This document shows, one piece after another, positions 48,901-61,799 of a DNA stretch of 64,000 nt. A program made the position numbers and the translations under genes. Each line of letters opens with the position of its first letter. The first letter of the stretch is position 1. This DNA is from Glaucostegus cemiculus (taxonomy: Eukaryota), in NCBI GenBank assembly GCA_976551045.1, contig CDPCPM010000005.1:17484001-17548000 (forward strand), written 5' to 3'. Under the pieces are notes generated by a model that was not told where the DNA came from, made no database searches, and saw only the letters and a list, made by a program, of their open reading frames with translations.

Positions 48901-51900
48901 CCCATTCTACGTACCCTCATGTTATGCAGATGTTACCGCTGACCTGGATTTGTGACCTTATCCCCACAATTCGCCAAACATTGGGCAATCCCAAAGCAGC
49001 TTTGCCAACAGATTCAACACAAAAAATGCTGGAGGAACTCAGTGGGTCCAGTAGTTCCAACAAATTGTACTGGGTGAATCCAGACACGGTGAGGTGAAAG
49101 GTCTCAAATGCTGTCCTGGGATCAGGCTAGACTACGGCCTTTTACATTTTGTAACTGTCTGGCCCAGTTGCGGAAAGGTGGTCACCTGAACTTTGTATGA
49201 TGTTCTTTCACTTGTATTGTCTTTCAATTTTGAGATGTAGATTTTGATTTCTTTGGTGAATTGAAAATAGAACAGTACAGCACAGCCACAGGCCCTCCAG
49301 CTCACAATGTCTGTGCTGACCATGATGCTGATAAACTAATTCCATCTGCCTGCACATGGTCTATAACCCTACATTTTCTGCCTGTTCACGGGCCTGTCCA
49401 AATGCCTCTAAATTGCTATTGTATCTTCTCCCACCTTGTACCCAGCAGTGCATTTTTTTAAATGCACCTGCCACTGTGCATTTAAAAAAAAACTTGCCTT
49501 GCAAATCTCCCTTTAAGCTTTCCCCTCTAGCCTTAAGTCTATGCTCTCTAGAATTTGACATTTCCACCCTGGGGGGTGAAGACTCCGACTATCTATCCTA
49601 TCTATGCCTCTCATAATTTTATATACTTCTATCAGGTTGCCCCCTCAGCCACCTCCGCTCCAGAGAAATCAGTCCAAATTTGTCCAACCTCTCCTAATAG
49701 CTAATACTCTGCAATCCAGACAACATCCTGGTGAACTTCTGCACCTTCTCCAAGTCTCCATATCTATCTTGTACTGAGGTGACTAGTGACTATAAAGGTC
49801 ACTGATATCTTTCAGGAAACAAAGTGGCAGAACACAGCTGGCATTGAAGTCAGTCTACAATAACACACTTATCTACATTACCTAACAGGCAGACTTGGCA
49901 TTTCCATTACATCAGTGCCCATATGAGATTATCCCTAACACTAATCAAAGTATAATGTTTAATACTAGTGTAATATCAGAATTCTCTTAACCTTTTTTTT
50001 TAAACAAAGGATGGATCCCTGTTAAATGGGTTGTCCTCTTGATGTACAAGATGTTCTTTGCATTGTAAATGTGAAATAAGAGTCATAGAGTGTTTTAACA
50101 TGGAAATGGGTCCTTTGGGCCACCAGAACCCCACTATCGATCACCCATTTACACCAATCCTACATTAATCCCATTTTATTCCCCCCACATTTTCTTCAAC
50201 TATTTTCTTCCCCAACCTACTCCCCTCAGATTCTCCCACTCACTTGCACACAAAGGGCAATTTACAGCAGCCATTTAACCTACCAATCCACGCCTTAGGA
50301 AGTGAGAGGAAACCAATGAAGGGGGAGGAAACCCATGTGTTCACAAGGAGACCATGCAAACTCCACACAGACAGTACCACAAGTGAGGATTGAACACAGG
50401 TGACGAGCTGTGAGGCTCGCCACTATGCCATCTCATGAATTGAGTGGTACGTTAAAATAGAAAAGGTGAAATCCCTGGTCCTGAGGTACTGTATTGATTT
50501 GCTAGTGATGTTCTCTCCGTGAGGACCACCATTTCACCCACTCCCACCCCAAAACTACCTGAGTTTTAGAGGTTGCTGATTCACTCTCGAGATTGATGCA
50601 CGAAGAGTAATCACTTAGGGAAGTGAATTTCTCAAGTTGAAGACAGAAATTGTGCTGAGTTGTTAGGCTGCTGATGGACACGTCTTTTCTGTTTTAGATG
50701 GATTTTACCGACAAGTGAAACAGATTACTGGTGCTCATAACTCACAAGCCAAACAGACTCCCCCAAGGCAGAAGAAACGACGACCCGCTGCACGGGGACT
50801 TGCTCCTTCTGTGGTATGACCATTTTCAACGTTCACTCTCTGTATCTGTCCATTATGGTGTTCTGAGCTGTTCCAGCAGCTGGATTTCACAGCCATAGGC
50901 CACACTTGCCAGGATTGCTGTATGTGCTGATTTATCTCTTATTCTCTAGGATTCTCAGCAGAGTGTAACAGTAGTAATTTTTCGAGATGAAAACACCTTG
51001 ATCTCTGCAGGGGCTGTAGATGGGTAAGTGCAACTTGGAATGGCTCTCTCTCTCGCTCATTTTTTCCCCCTCTTTCCCAAATTTACAGCTGTCACAAAAC
51101 TTGAAGATGAACAGTAATTTTCTTCAAAATTGTGGACAAGCTAATGAAATTCACAGATGAAATTTAACACAGAGAAATGTTAAGTATTATATTTTGGTAG
51201 GAAGAATGGGAAGTGGCAAAGTAAACTTAAGAGCACATTTCTAAATTGGGTACCAGAACAAAGATTGGTAAGTGTGTGTGCATAGTTCTTTGAGAAAGTG
51301 GTTATAAAAGCATGCAGATCCTAGGCTTTACAGAGATGGAACATGAGCAAGAAAGTAATGATGAGCCTTAAGTGTTTTTATATAGGCACAACTGGTGTAT
51401 CGTGCCCAGTTCTGAGCACCACACTTTGAAAGACACGAGGCATTTGACGAAGGTGCAGAAGACGTTCACTAAAGTAATTTCTGGGATAAAGAATGTGGAT
51501 AGACTGGAGAAGCTGGGTTGTTCTCCTTGGAAGTGAATAGCATATACAGTAGATGGAGAGAAACTGTTCCTCGGTAGGGGGCATAGAATGAAGATGATTG
51601 ACAAAACAACCAAAATTGTCATGAGAAACATTGTTTACACAATGAGTTGTTAGGGTCTGGAATGCAGTGCCAATAACACTAGAGGCAGATTTAATTGTGG
51701 CATTTGTACAAGAGCTGAACAAGTATCGTAAAGGAGAGAATTTGAAAGGCTAAAGGAAGAGGGTGGGGAAAAGGGACTAGCTAGATGACTGTTGCATTAG
51801 GCTAGTACATACAAAGCTTATGGCCTCTATTGTGTTGTAACCTATGAATGGACTTCATGACATTCTCAAACTTATTGCTCTATATTTTTAAATATAATTA

Positions 51901-54900
51901 CATAATCTACTATCATACACTCATTGTCAAGATGAAATGCAGGTCAAACAGATTTACAGGTTTGGGGTGTCAAGATCAGTGAATGGAAAGAAGTAGTGGC
52001 AAAGAGATGAAAATAAGAACAAGATGAAATGGAAGATACCAAAGGAACCTTCATTGGGAGGGTAGCATGGGATATGTTTTTGGGGGAGGAGGTTGGTCTT
52101 CACCCACTAAAACAATGCTGTAGGGAGGATGTATTGATCACTAAATAGTGATTCCTGTCTGCTCTGTGAAGAGGTGCTTAGCTTGGTTTTATTTCAAAGA
52201 ATGGTCAGTGCCAGTTGAGAAGATGACTAGCTCCAAAATCCATGTAGGAGGAGGGAGATTTCAGTATATTGCTTGATGAGATGATGGTTGTACAGCTCTG
52301 CTTTTATGGTGGTGGGGGGTGGGAAGAAGAGATCCAAGTAACTGGCACAGGGTTAATATTCTATCACTTAGTGAGAGTGCATATAGAGTCTACTGCCATC
52401 ATTGGCTGTCTGATTCAGTTGAAGAATCATCTTTGGCCAAGTATTTGTGAAGTATGGTTTTCCAAATGGTGTCATTGAATCTGTAAGGACATTAGTTTAG
52501 AGTTTCCTTAAAAAGTTATTAGCTCTAAGAGCACTCCCTCGGTGTCGCATGTCATATTGTTTTCCAGGTAATTTGTTAAAGCTGTAAGAGTGGAACTTGT
52601 GCTTTCCATAAAAATATTATGTTCAAGGGTGCTAACATTGAGCTCAGGGTGACATTTATTTAATGACTAATCAGTTTGTTTTTAATGGATTTTATTTGCA
52701 TTCCAGTGTCATCAAAGTGTGGGATTTAAGAAAGAACTACACCATTCTTCACCAAGATCCTGTGCCAGTTCAGTCATTTCTTTATCCAGGCACCAGTGCA
52801 CGAAAGCTAGGTAAATGTTGTTCACTATGTTTTCACTGATCTGTGACCGTGTCATTGAATTCAAGATGAAGGAGCAGAAGAATTACGGTATATCCTAATC
52901 TGACCAGACATTAATATTCAAATGACAGTAACAATATTGAAATACTTTGAGACACTGGACTACTTAGAACTGTCAAGTCTTGTTCTAAATTATGGTGACT
53001 GTGTTGATTTAGTTGTAGTAGAGTTAAATCTTGTCTATGTATGTTTAGATTTGTAAACCTTGTTCTGAGTTTATTTGGGAATTCCAATTTCTTTACCTGC
53101 AGGATACTCCAGTATTATTTTGGATTCAAGAGGTTCTAATCTTTTTGCAAACTGCACTGACGATAATATTTACATGTTCAATTTGACTGGCTTGAAAACC
53201 ACACCAAGTAAGTAAAGGCCAGTCCGTCTGTTATCTTTTTAGTGCTACCATCTGGCATTCAAACTCATTTTAGATTTTTGTTTAAAAAAAACTGTATCTG
53301 CAACTTTTGATATTTCCAACTTGCTTGTACCTTGAATTGTTATGATGTGAAAGGTGCTTTCAAGATACTGTTGTGCAGATATTGCTGGTAAATGCCCATG
53401 CTTATTGTTGTAAATGCTAGCAGAACTCCTCCCTGGAAGGGCTGTGTTAGGTCCCTGGATGGTGGTGAGGGAGGAGGTTTAAGAACAAATGTTGCACCTC
53501 CTGTGGTTGCAGGAGAAGGTATCGGGTTAGGGAGGATTTTTGGGGGTGGGGGGTGGAGGAATGAGAGGACTAGGGAGTCACAGAGGGAGTGGTCCCTGTG
53601 GAAGGTGAAAAAGGGCAGGGAGAATAAGATGTAACGAGTGGTGGGATTTCACTGCAGCTGACCTAAAGAGCCCTTCCAGGTGAGGAGAAGATTCATGTGC
53701 ACTTCCTCCAACCTTGTCTATTGTACTTGGTGCTCCCAATGTGACCTCCATTACATTGAGGAAGCCAAGCACAGACCAGATGACCAATAAGTAGAGCGTC
53801 TGCACTCTGTCCGCAATGGCTATCCCAAGCAGCCAGTTGCATGCCATTTCAATTCCCCTTCCCATTCCCACACCAGCCTGTCTATCCTTGGCCTTCTGCA
53901 CTGCCAATAGCAAGTAGAGGAACAACACCTCCCATTCTGCCTGGGTAGTCTACAGCCCACTGGTATGAAAATTGAATTTTCCAACTTCAGGTAACCTTTG
54001 CCCCTGTCTTTCTCTGCTGATCCGCCTGTGGTCCTCCCATTTTTTGGTCCCCTTTCCCATAACCTTTATCTAGCCGCCCCCCCCCCCCTTTTCGTCCCCC
54101 TCCCTCTTCTCGTTCCATCTGCCTGTCTCTCCCCAGTTGGTTTCCATTATCACTTTATCAGATTATGGCACTGGTAGCCTTTATGTTCCTGCTTAACTCC
54201 ATCCAGCAGCTGTCTCCATCTTCCCTTCCCCTCCCCCATCTGGATCCATCTGCCTCTCCCTTTTTGTTCTGCCTATCATCCTCTTGCCTCTGTCTCCCAT
54301 CTCCTCCCCCTCTCCCTCTACTAGGCTCTATCATCCTTCACCCATTTTCGGTCCTCCAATCACCTACTAGTCCCTGTCTTACCATTCCTCCTCTCCTCTC
54401 TGTACAGGCTATCTTCCCTCTCCACACTCAGGTCTAATGCAGGGTTTCAACCCTGAACGTTTACAGGCCCTCCCAGCCACACTCCCCACCTCCACAGATG
54501 CTGCTCCACCCCTTAAGTTCCTCCAGCAGTTTGTTCATTGCTCCAGATTCCAGCATCTGCAGTCACTTGTGTTTCTAATCTATTTGAGTGTTAGTCAAAG
54601 AATAAATGTTAACCTGGTCACTGGGATAACAACTGTTCTTTAGTGGATACGATCATTGGATCTACCTACTCTCTTTTTTAATATTTAAAAAAAACTTTCC
54701 CAAACTCTGCCAAAATCTAGTGTACTCTGGCTAAGGGAATTAATTGAACATTTGTAATGGTTCTATACATGACTAGATTGACTGGAAGTTCATCCCCAGA
54801 ACAGGAAAAAAATATTATATAAGTTTTAAAGGAAGGAATTTTAATTTGTTTGGATTGTCCTGCATGAGATTGGAACATAACCAGATAAGAAAATATGGGC

Positions 54901-57900
54901 ACTGCACAATCAACTCTTGTATGAATTTTCAAATAGCTAATTTTGACTCCACTTGAATCAATTTCTTGGTTTAGTTGAATGTAAACTTGCTTCATTTATC
55001 ACCACAGTAACGGCAGCAAATGGAGACTGTAGCACTGAGGCATAAATCAAACTAATGGAGAAAATAAATAAGAACAATTACTGTTATTATTTTGAGCAGC
55101 TTCATCTTTCCTGCAGATATATAAATTTTGTATTTTTATGCCATAAAATGGATTTTGTTGCACTGAGCCCAGGTCACGTCTGAGTTGGTCTCTGATTGGT
55201 CTTCTCTTTATTTTGTGTAGTTGCAACCTTCAGTGGTCATCAGAATTCCACCTTTTATATTAAGGCTGGTCTTAGTCCAGATGATCAATTCCTTGTCAGT
55301 GGGTCCACTGATCATAATGCATATATCTGGAAGGTGAGTGACTGCAATTAATTTAAAATTAGAAGGAAATGCACTAAGTCAACATGCCTGTTAATTCTGT
55401 ACTTTTTAAAAATTTGCACTTCAGGCCTTTCAAGTACTTGCACCAAAAGTACTTCATAAAATAGATGTTATTATAATCAAATACCTTTAATAGTGCTTGG
55501 CCTCTTTGAATTGGAATACAGTACGCCAAAAGAAAATAAATGATGCAGGGTTACTACAAGCTGCAAGTTATCAGTTTCTAGCAAACTTTTTTTTTAAATG
55601 GTATTTCTGCCTCTTCAGCTTTCTGCTTTTACAAATGAGCTGGTTTGTGCAGCTATATGGATTGATAGACTTAATTCCACTTAAATTCATAGTCTTAATA
55701 TGTGATGCAGAGCCACAAATTATTTGACTAATTGCAAAGAAGTGGGGAGTCTCAGACTCACATCAACAGATGGTTAAACTCTTCCTGGCACTCATTCTCA
55801 TTGAAATCAGTGGGATGTCATAGAGCATAAATTAAACTTTAGGCAATGTCTTTTTAGTAAGCTTTTACAGTGTCTCGCCAAAAATCTTGTTTTCGGCATG
55901 TTTGCATTATAAATTAGTTTTTGTCCTGTTAGGTTTTCCATGTTTGAGCTCACTGGCTCTTCCAATCTAGCAGTTCTCACACCTGTATTAGTGCTGAAAT
56001 GAAGGTGTCTTATCACCAGGCAACTAAAAGCCTGCAAAACCCTAGAAGTAATAGTCAGTCCTTCAAGGAAACTGAGCAAAGAATGAGGTTCGTGGATTTG
56101 GCTCACTTGTGCTGATTTCCTTCAACTCAAAGTTGCTTGTTTCAGCCAGAGAATGCATCTTTTAAATTTGGCTATTTAGGATTCCATTAGGGCTCTCAAG
56201 TAATCCATGGTATAGCATAGATTTTCTTCAGGAAAGGAGAAAAGAGAATGCAAAGAAAGAACTCCACAGTCGCACCCAGTGGGTTGTACATCTCATGTGT
56301 GAGATGGTAGGAAACTGCTCTGCTAATCTCTCTTGATGGTAGTTTCCACACCCATTATTGCTTGTAACATTTCTCCTTCTAAAAATAGTTTAAATGCATT
56401 ACAACAAACTTGAGACTCTTGGGTTAAGGGGTGTTTGAGATGAGAATTACCACATGCTGCTGTTATCACTAAAATTTAGCTACACTGATGTGAGAACAGC
56501 TCACGATTCCATTCCCTGTAGCCTTGCTTTGCAGTGTTCTGATCCAAATTAGGGTCAAAGGGTTGTGCTACAGCACTAAATTACAGCAACTGCAGCTGTG
56601 ATAACTTCACAGTAGCCTGAATTGCACACAATCTTTCATGCCCTTTCATGTAAATAATGATATGGGATTTAAACTGAAGATGCTGCTACCCTGCAGAAGA
56701 TGAGGTTCATGTTATAACCAATTGCCATTAAAGTTGACTATTTAAATTCCTTGTTATTTCAGGTCACTGATCCTCTTCATCCTCCAACAGTGCTCCAGGG
56801 ACACTCTCAAGAGGTGACGTCTGTGTCCTGGTGCCCTTCAGATTTCTCAAAGGTCAGCTTTTGTTTGTGATCTGTTCTGGGATGTACTTAAGTGGCAGAT
56901 TATTAGAAGGGTGGGTTGGCAAGTTTGTGTATAACACAAGGATCAGTGGTGTTGTGGATAGTGTGGAGGATGGTTGAAGATTGCAGAGGGATATTGATAG
57001 GATGCAGAGCTGGGCTGAGAAGTGGCAGATGGAGTTCAATCTGGAGAAGTGTGAGGTGGTACACTTTGGAAGGACAAACTCCAAGGCAGAGTACAGAGTT
57101 AATGGCAGGATTCTGGGTAGTGTGGAGAAGCAGAGGGATCTGGGGGTCCATATCCACAGATCCCTGAAAGTTGCCTCACAGGTGGATAGGGTAGTTAAAA
57201 AAGCTTATGGGATGTTAGCTTTCATAAGCTGTGGGATCGAGTTTAAGAGCTGCAGGGTAATGATGCAGCTCTACAAAACTCTGGTTAGACCACACTTGGA
57301 GTACCGTGTCCAGTTCTGGTCACCTCATTATAGGAAGCATGTGGAAGTGTTGGAAAGGGTGCAGAGGAGATTTACCAGGATGCTGCCTGGATTGGAGAGT
57401 ATGCATTATGAGGAGAGACTAAGGGAGCTGGGGCTTTACTCTTTGGAGAAAAGGAGGATGAGAGGAGACATGATAGAGGTATACAAAATATTAAGAGGAA
57501 TGATAGAGTAGACAGCCAGTGCCTCTTTCCCATGGCACCAATGCTGAATACAAGAGGGTATGGCTTTAAAGTAATGGGTGGGAAGTTCAAAGGAGCTATC
57601 AGAGAAAGGTTTTTCACCCAGCGAGTAGTTGGGGCATGGAATCCACTGCCGGGGTGGTGGTGGAGGCAGGTACATTGGTCAAATTTAAGAGATTGCTAGA
57701 TAAGCATATAGAGGAATTTAAAATAGAGGGATATGTGGGAGGAAGGGGTTAGGTGGAGTTTAAAGGTCGGCACAACATTGTGGGCCGAAGGGCCTGTATT
57801 GTGCTGTGCTGTTCTATGATTCATACAGATCAATTCATTACAGAGTTCATAGAGGTAGCACAAACAAGGTAAAATACAGAATGCAGAGTAAAGTGTCACA

Positions 57901-60900
57901 GAAAGTGTAGTGCAGGTTGACAAGAAGATGCAAGGTCATAAGATAGATTTTGAGGTCAAGAGTCCATCTTATCATACTAGGGAACAGTTCAATAGTCTTA
58001 TAACAGCAGGATAGAGCTGTCCTTGAGCCTGGTGGTATGTGCTTTCAGGCTTTTGTATTTTCTGGCCGATGGTTGGGGGGGGGGGGTGGTGGGGGGGAGA
58101 AGAGAGAATGTCCCAGGTGGGGTCTTTGATTATGCTGGCTGCTTTACTGAGGCAGCGAGAAGTATAGACAGAGTCCATGGAGGGGAGGCTGGTTTCTGTG
58201 ATGTGCTGAGCAGTGTCCACAATTCTCTGCAGTTTCTTGTGATCCTGGTCCCAGGCAGAGCACTTGCCAAACCAAGCTGTGCTGCATCCAGGTAGGATGC
58301 TTTCTATGGTGCATTAATAAAAGTTGGTGAGTGTCAAAGGGGATATGTGAAATTTCTTTAGCCTCCTGAGGAAGTAGAGGTGCTGGTGAGTTTTCTTGGC
58401 CATGGCTATTGGCGATGTTCACTCCTAGGAACTTAAAGCTCTCAACCCTTTAAACCTCAGTACTGTTGATGTAGACAGGTGCATGTGTACCAACCCCCTT
58501 CCTGAAGTCAATGACCAGCTCTTTGGTTTTGCTGACATTGAGGGAAAGATTGTTGTCATGACACCATGATACTAACTAAGCTCTCTATCTCCTTCCTGTA
58601 CTCTGATTCATCGTTATTTGAGATGCTGACAAAGGGGTAAAGGAAGAAACTGTACAAACGGGAATGAATTTGGTAAGGTGGGAGAGAAGAGACTAAACGA
58701 TGGAATGATTGATGGAGCAAGGTGAAAACAGATGGTAATGGGACAATTAGGAACAGGTCATCAGTCCGGAGGAAGTTTAAATAGGGAAGCAGAATATTTA
58801 TATAAAATTGTCTAAATGCTGGAAATCAGAAAAGGAAATGCTGATTGTTTGTAAGTGCAGAATTCAGTGAGTCCATAAGGTAATTATGTGCCTAGATTCA
58901 AAATTAGGTTTTGTTCCTCAATCTTCTGAGTACTGCTGGAACAGTATGGGAGACTAAGGACAGAGATCCAAACGATGTGGAGTACTAATACAGTGTGCAA
59001 GGGGATGGTTGGGGTCATGCTTTTGCACTAAATAGAAGTGTTCTGTGAAGCAGTCACTCTGTCAACATTTGATTAACTGAGTGCAGAGGAGGCCACATTA
59101 TGAGTGGCAAATACAGCATCTGAAATGAGTCAGTTTCAAGTAAATTGCAGCTTCAAGTGGAAAGAACGAGGCCTTGGAATTTGGGAAGGGAAGGAGGTCA
59201 AAGGTAGATGATTGCATATACAGAAGAATGGGTAACATTTAAGATAAAAGAATGAACCAGAACACCCTGGAGGGAGTGGTCCTTCTGGAATGCTGAAAGG
59301 AGAAGAGGTAGTGGCGTCACATTGGGAATGTCAGAGGTTACTACGTTGAAGGAAGAAGCCAAGGCCTGATAGTTGATATGGGTGGGGGAGAGGTGGAATT
59401 GGATAGCCATGGTGAATATGGAACAGGGCAGACAAGGAACTGTTAAAGCTGTGGTGGATGTCAGGAGTGTTGCAAATGTTGGTGGGAAAATTAATCAATT
59501 TTCTTCTTTGGAAATGACCATATTATATTAAGTAAATGAACAATATGAATATTCAATTTAGATTTAGAAACATTGAACTGTTTCTTCTGAAATAGTGTAA
59601 CAAATTTAAAATTTTAACTGTCTCTGGTTTTGATTTAAAAGTAGTTAGAGATTTCAGTTGAACTTTTGAGTTCATTAAAGTTGAGAAAAGATGAGTAATT
59701 GTGCAGAATTCCACAAAGGTGTGTTGCTATTATGCATTGTTATATTACTAACCCTTCCCACTCAAAAGAATGAGCTACTAGAATAAATTCCTTAGAGTAC
59801 TGAATCATATCTGGAAGCAGCAGAGCTTGAAGATGCATTTTTGATCTGTTTATTTAAGGAAATGTAATTATTCTTGGTGACAGATCTATAATTTGCTTTG
59901 TCAACAATTGCCTTTTGAGCTTGGAAAATGCAACTAAATTTTGGTTTCATTTTTGAGAGGTGATGTTCTGCACGTAACTGCAGTTGTAAAAACTTCTCTT
60001 GTAAATCAGTCCATCACAAAGCTGCTAATATTTGTGATTTTTGACAATCTAATTTTGCTTCTCCCTCCTTTAGATTGCCACTTGTTCTGATGATAATACT
60101 GTTCGAATCTGGCGTCTAAATCGAAAAGTGGATGTGACCAAGTCTGAATTGGTGGGATCTGCATGCCAGAAGAAGCCAGCAGAGAAGGGTAAAATAAATA
60201 TGTCCACCTAAAGGCTGGAGCCACAGGAAACATATATATATAGATATATGCAATCATATACTTTAAAGAACATTGACTTGGTATTTTTTTTTATTTCTTA
60301 TGTAATACTTGTGTGAGTTATCAGTTTTCAAACATCCTAAAACAAGAACTTGTAATACAGCATGTGAAATAATAAGCAACTTCAATGAATAGGCAGTGAA
60401 TCTTTAAAACAAAAGTATTGAGGGCCAAATTTAATCATGTGTCTCTCTTAAATGCTGTCTGACCCACTACACTTGCCCATTTTGCATCTATTTAAGAATA
60501 TTAGCATTTAAAATATTCATTTTGTCTACTTTTAAACATGTGCATGACTCATTGAGCAACTTAATGATCAATATTTCCAAATTAAACTTGGAACATCTTA
60601 AGTCTCCTAACTGTTGAATCATGACTTGATATGGTTAGGTCTGAAATAGTACTGATTTGAGTTGAAATGAACCAAATGTGAATTAAGCAACATGCAGTAA
60701 GAATTGGTCAACGTAATTTGGTGTGCTCTCAGCGACATGGAACTGAGGAAAAAATTGTCTTTCAAATTAAGTTTAGTTATGAATTGGTATACCGGCAAAC
60801 ACAAATTTTGGAGTCCTTTTGCTCAAAATTGTACAAACTTGCAGCATGTTCCCAGATTAGTGTGGGATGTTGTGAGCCTAAGTGAATTGTAATCTCCTTG

Positions 60901-61754
60901 CATTGCTTTGAACAGATGTCATCATTCAGTCAACACATGGTACTCCACCCAAGACTTCATTGATGGAAGGTCCCAATTTGCCATCTCCTCAGCAAGCTGC
61001 ATGTGCCCCTAATATCAGTGGAGACATGCCTCTCTCTTCCAATACTCCCAGCTCAGCAACGCAGCGCTCCTTAGGCAAGAATTATATACTACATCAGTTG
61101 AGTAAGTCAGCTTCCTCTTCACCACCAAATTCTTCCTCTAGGAAGATGTCAATCAAGAAATGGATGGTTAAAAGCCCCTGCCCTCCTGCCTCTCTGTTTG
61201 GTGCCCACAGTACTTCAAGGATGGTGCTGAACTCAGATGGACAAATTCAATCAAAAGATGTCTTGGCAGCTATAAATGCTCCAGTTTCAGAGAAGAAAGT
61301 TAAAAGAAGATTGGACACCAGTGATGGGTCAGTAACAGACAACAGCAAAAATGAAGAGTGCAGTTTTGCAGCAGAACTCAGTCCTATTTCTAAAAAATGT
61401 AAAATTGATATCTGCTATGCAGAGATGCAGAAAAAGAAAAACTTAGCAACAGAAAATATAGACGACAAAGGGATGAAGAACACTGACAGTAACTCTGGAG
61501 AAATCCTTCCTTTAGTAAGCCCTTATCCCTGTCTAGACCTGGAAGCTTCCTCATCTTCATGCAAGTCCCAACAGAGAGCTGAAATCCTGGACAAAGAAAA
61601 CAGCTCCCCACAAAATCTAAATTGGCTTGCTGAATTAGGAGAAAAACAGAAACTTGAACTGGGTGTTAGAATGGGGAGATTATCCACAAGTCCAACTATC
61701 TCACAGAATTTATCTGTGAAGAAGAAGGAAGAATGGAATCTAGCAAGTTCACCA
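33944..61754 (+). CDS. DTL: Denticleless E3 ligase adaptor (CDT2/DCAF2), spliced CDS exons 1-14 (last exon not in window)
   Basis: 14 exons join in frame (2076 nt); WD40 repeats [45 protein letters not shown], then a Ser/Pro-rich C-terminal exon, recognised as DTL. Confidence 0.97.
34786..35590 (+). repeat. Left arm of ~800-bp inverted repeat
   Basis: Aligns colinearly with the reverse complement of 37186-37978. Confidence 0.93.
35569..36541. mobile_element. Penelope-like element with inverted pseudo-LTRs and GIY-YIG fragment
   Basis: [37 protein letters not shown] (GIY-YIG); ~35597-35895 is the reverse complement of ~36250-36540. Confidence 0.85.
35651..35688 (-). ncRNA. Minimal hammerhead ribozyme motif (PLE-associated)
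   Basis: CAGUC CUGAAGA AGGGUCCUGACCG GAAA CGUU GACCG; core intact, GUU cleavage triplet. Confidence 0.6.
37186..37978 (-). repeat. Right arm of ~800-bp inverted repeat
   Basis: Long shared blocks, e.g. AAACTTGGTTCAAAGC, GAGAAGAAACTCAAATACATCAGACGTG, CTGAAAACTCCCGACTAAAGTGACTTCATTGTGTAGCACTTGAACATAGGAGAC. Confidence 0.93.
38717..40480 (+). mobile_element. CR1 composite: older decayed copy containing a younger RT segment (~39078-40325)
   Basis: [64 protein letters not shown]; frameshifts present. Confidence 0.9.
40552..44389 (-). mobile_element. Long, young CR1 LINE: ORF1 SGNH esterase plus ORF2 APE endonuclease/RT; 5'-truncated, frameshifted
   Basis: GDSIVRG, VHVGTND, DGLHLN esterase motifs; [27 protein letters not shown] motifs; RT motifs; (TCTTGTGA)n tail; GGATTC duplicated at both ends. 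Confidence 0.93.
44936..45058 (+). CDS. DTL: DTL exon 2 (123 nt)
   Basis: [40 protein letters not shown]; tag/gtaaat. Confidence 0.93.
45741..45839 (+). CDS. DTL: DTL exon 3 (99 nt)
   Basis: [32 protein letters not shown]; cag/gtgtgc. Confidence 0.9.
47101..47162 (+). CDS. DTL: DTL exon 4 (62 nt)
   Basis: [20 protein letters not shown]; cag/gtaagt. Confidence 0.95.
47263..47383 (+). CDS. DTL: DTL exon 5 (121 nt)
   Basis: [40 protein letters not shown]; aag/gtaccc. Confidence 0.95.
47478..47543 (+). CDS. DTL: DTL exon 6 (66 nt)
   Basis: [21 protein letters not shown]; aag/gtatga. Confidence 0.95.
49265..49790 (-). mobile_element. CR1 3' fragment
   Basis: TAGAACAGTACAGCACAG...GGCC CR1 3' end; ORF2 terminal remnant. 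Confidence 0.75.
50082..50430 (-). mobile_element. tRNA-derived V-domain SINE
   Basis: Minus-strand GTTCAATCC B box, TGTGTGGAGTTTGCATGGTCTCC V-domain, CR1-like tail. Confidence 0.75.
50698..50813 (+). CDS. DTL: DTL exon 7 (116 nt)
   Basis: [38 protein letters not shown]; tag/gtatga. Confidence 0.95.
50950..51023 (+). CDS. DTL: DTL exon 8 (74 nt)
   Basis: [24 protein letters not shown]; tag/gtaagt. Confidence 0.95.
51085..51850 (+). mobile_element. Decayed CR1 3' fragment
   Basis: [10 protein letters not shown]-like and VQKTFTKVI-like remnants. Confidence 0.65.
52707..52810 (+). CDS. DTL: DTL exon 9 (104 nt)
   Basis: [34 protein letters not shown]; cag/gtaaat. Confidence 0.95.
53103..53207 (+). 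CDS. DTL: DTL exon 10 (105 nt)
   Basis: [34 protein letters not shown]; cag/gtaagt. Confidence 0.95.
53425..54576 (+). mobile_element. Penelope-like element (inverted 5' piece, GIY-YIG fragment, pseudo-LTR)
   Basis: [28 protein letters not shown]; ends GATTCCAGCATCTGCAGTCACTTGTGT. Confidence 0.8.
55221..55333 (+). CDS. DTL: DTL exon 11 (113 nt)
   Basis: [37 protein letters not shown]; tag/gtgagt. Confidence 0.95.
56763..56852 (+). CDS. DTL: DTL exon 12 (90 nt)
   Basis: [30 protein letters not shown]; cag/gtcagc. Confidence 0.95.
56905..57820 (+). mobile_element. CR1 LINE 3' fragment
   Basis: [19 protein letters not shown]...[15 protein letters not shown]...; 3' stem GTGGGCCGAAGGGCCTG. Confidence 0.9.
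57821..58625 (-). mobile_element. Rex1/Babar LINE 3' fragment
   Basis: [32 protein letters not shown]; homologous to 32035-32645. Confidence 0.8.
58630..59480 (-). mobile_element. Decayed Penelope fragment
   Basis: [22 protein letters not shown] resembles the PLE RT-to-GIY-YIG linker; similar to 53425-53660. Confidence 0.55.
60074..60188 (+). CDS. DTL: DTL exon 13 (115 nt)
   Basis: [38 protein letters not shown]; tag/gtaaaa. Confidence 0.93.
60916..61754 (+). CDS. DTL: DTL exon 14 (839 nt, disordered C-terminal region)
   Basis: Open frame with [44 protein letters not shown]; cag/gtaagt. Confidence 0.93.
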
Positions 61755-61799
61755 GTAAGTAATACAATATATAATGTGGAACAAGTACAATGTTATAAA

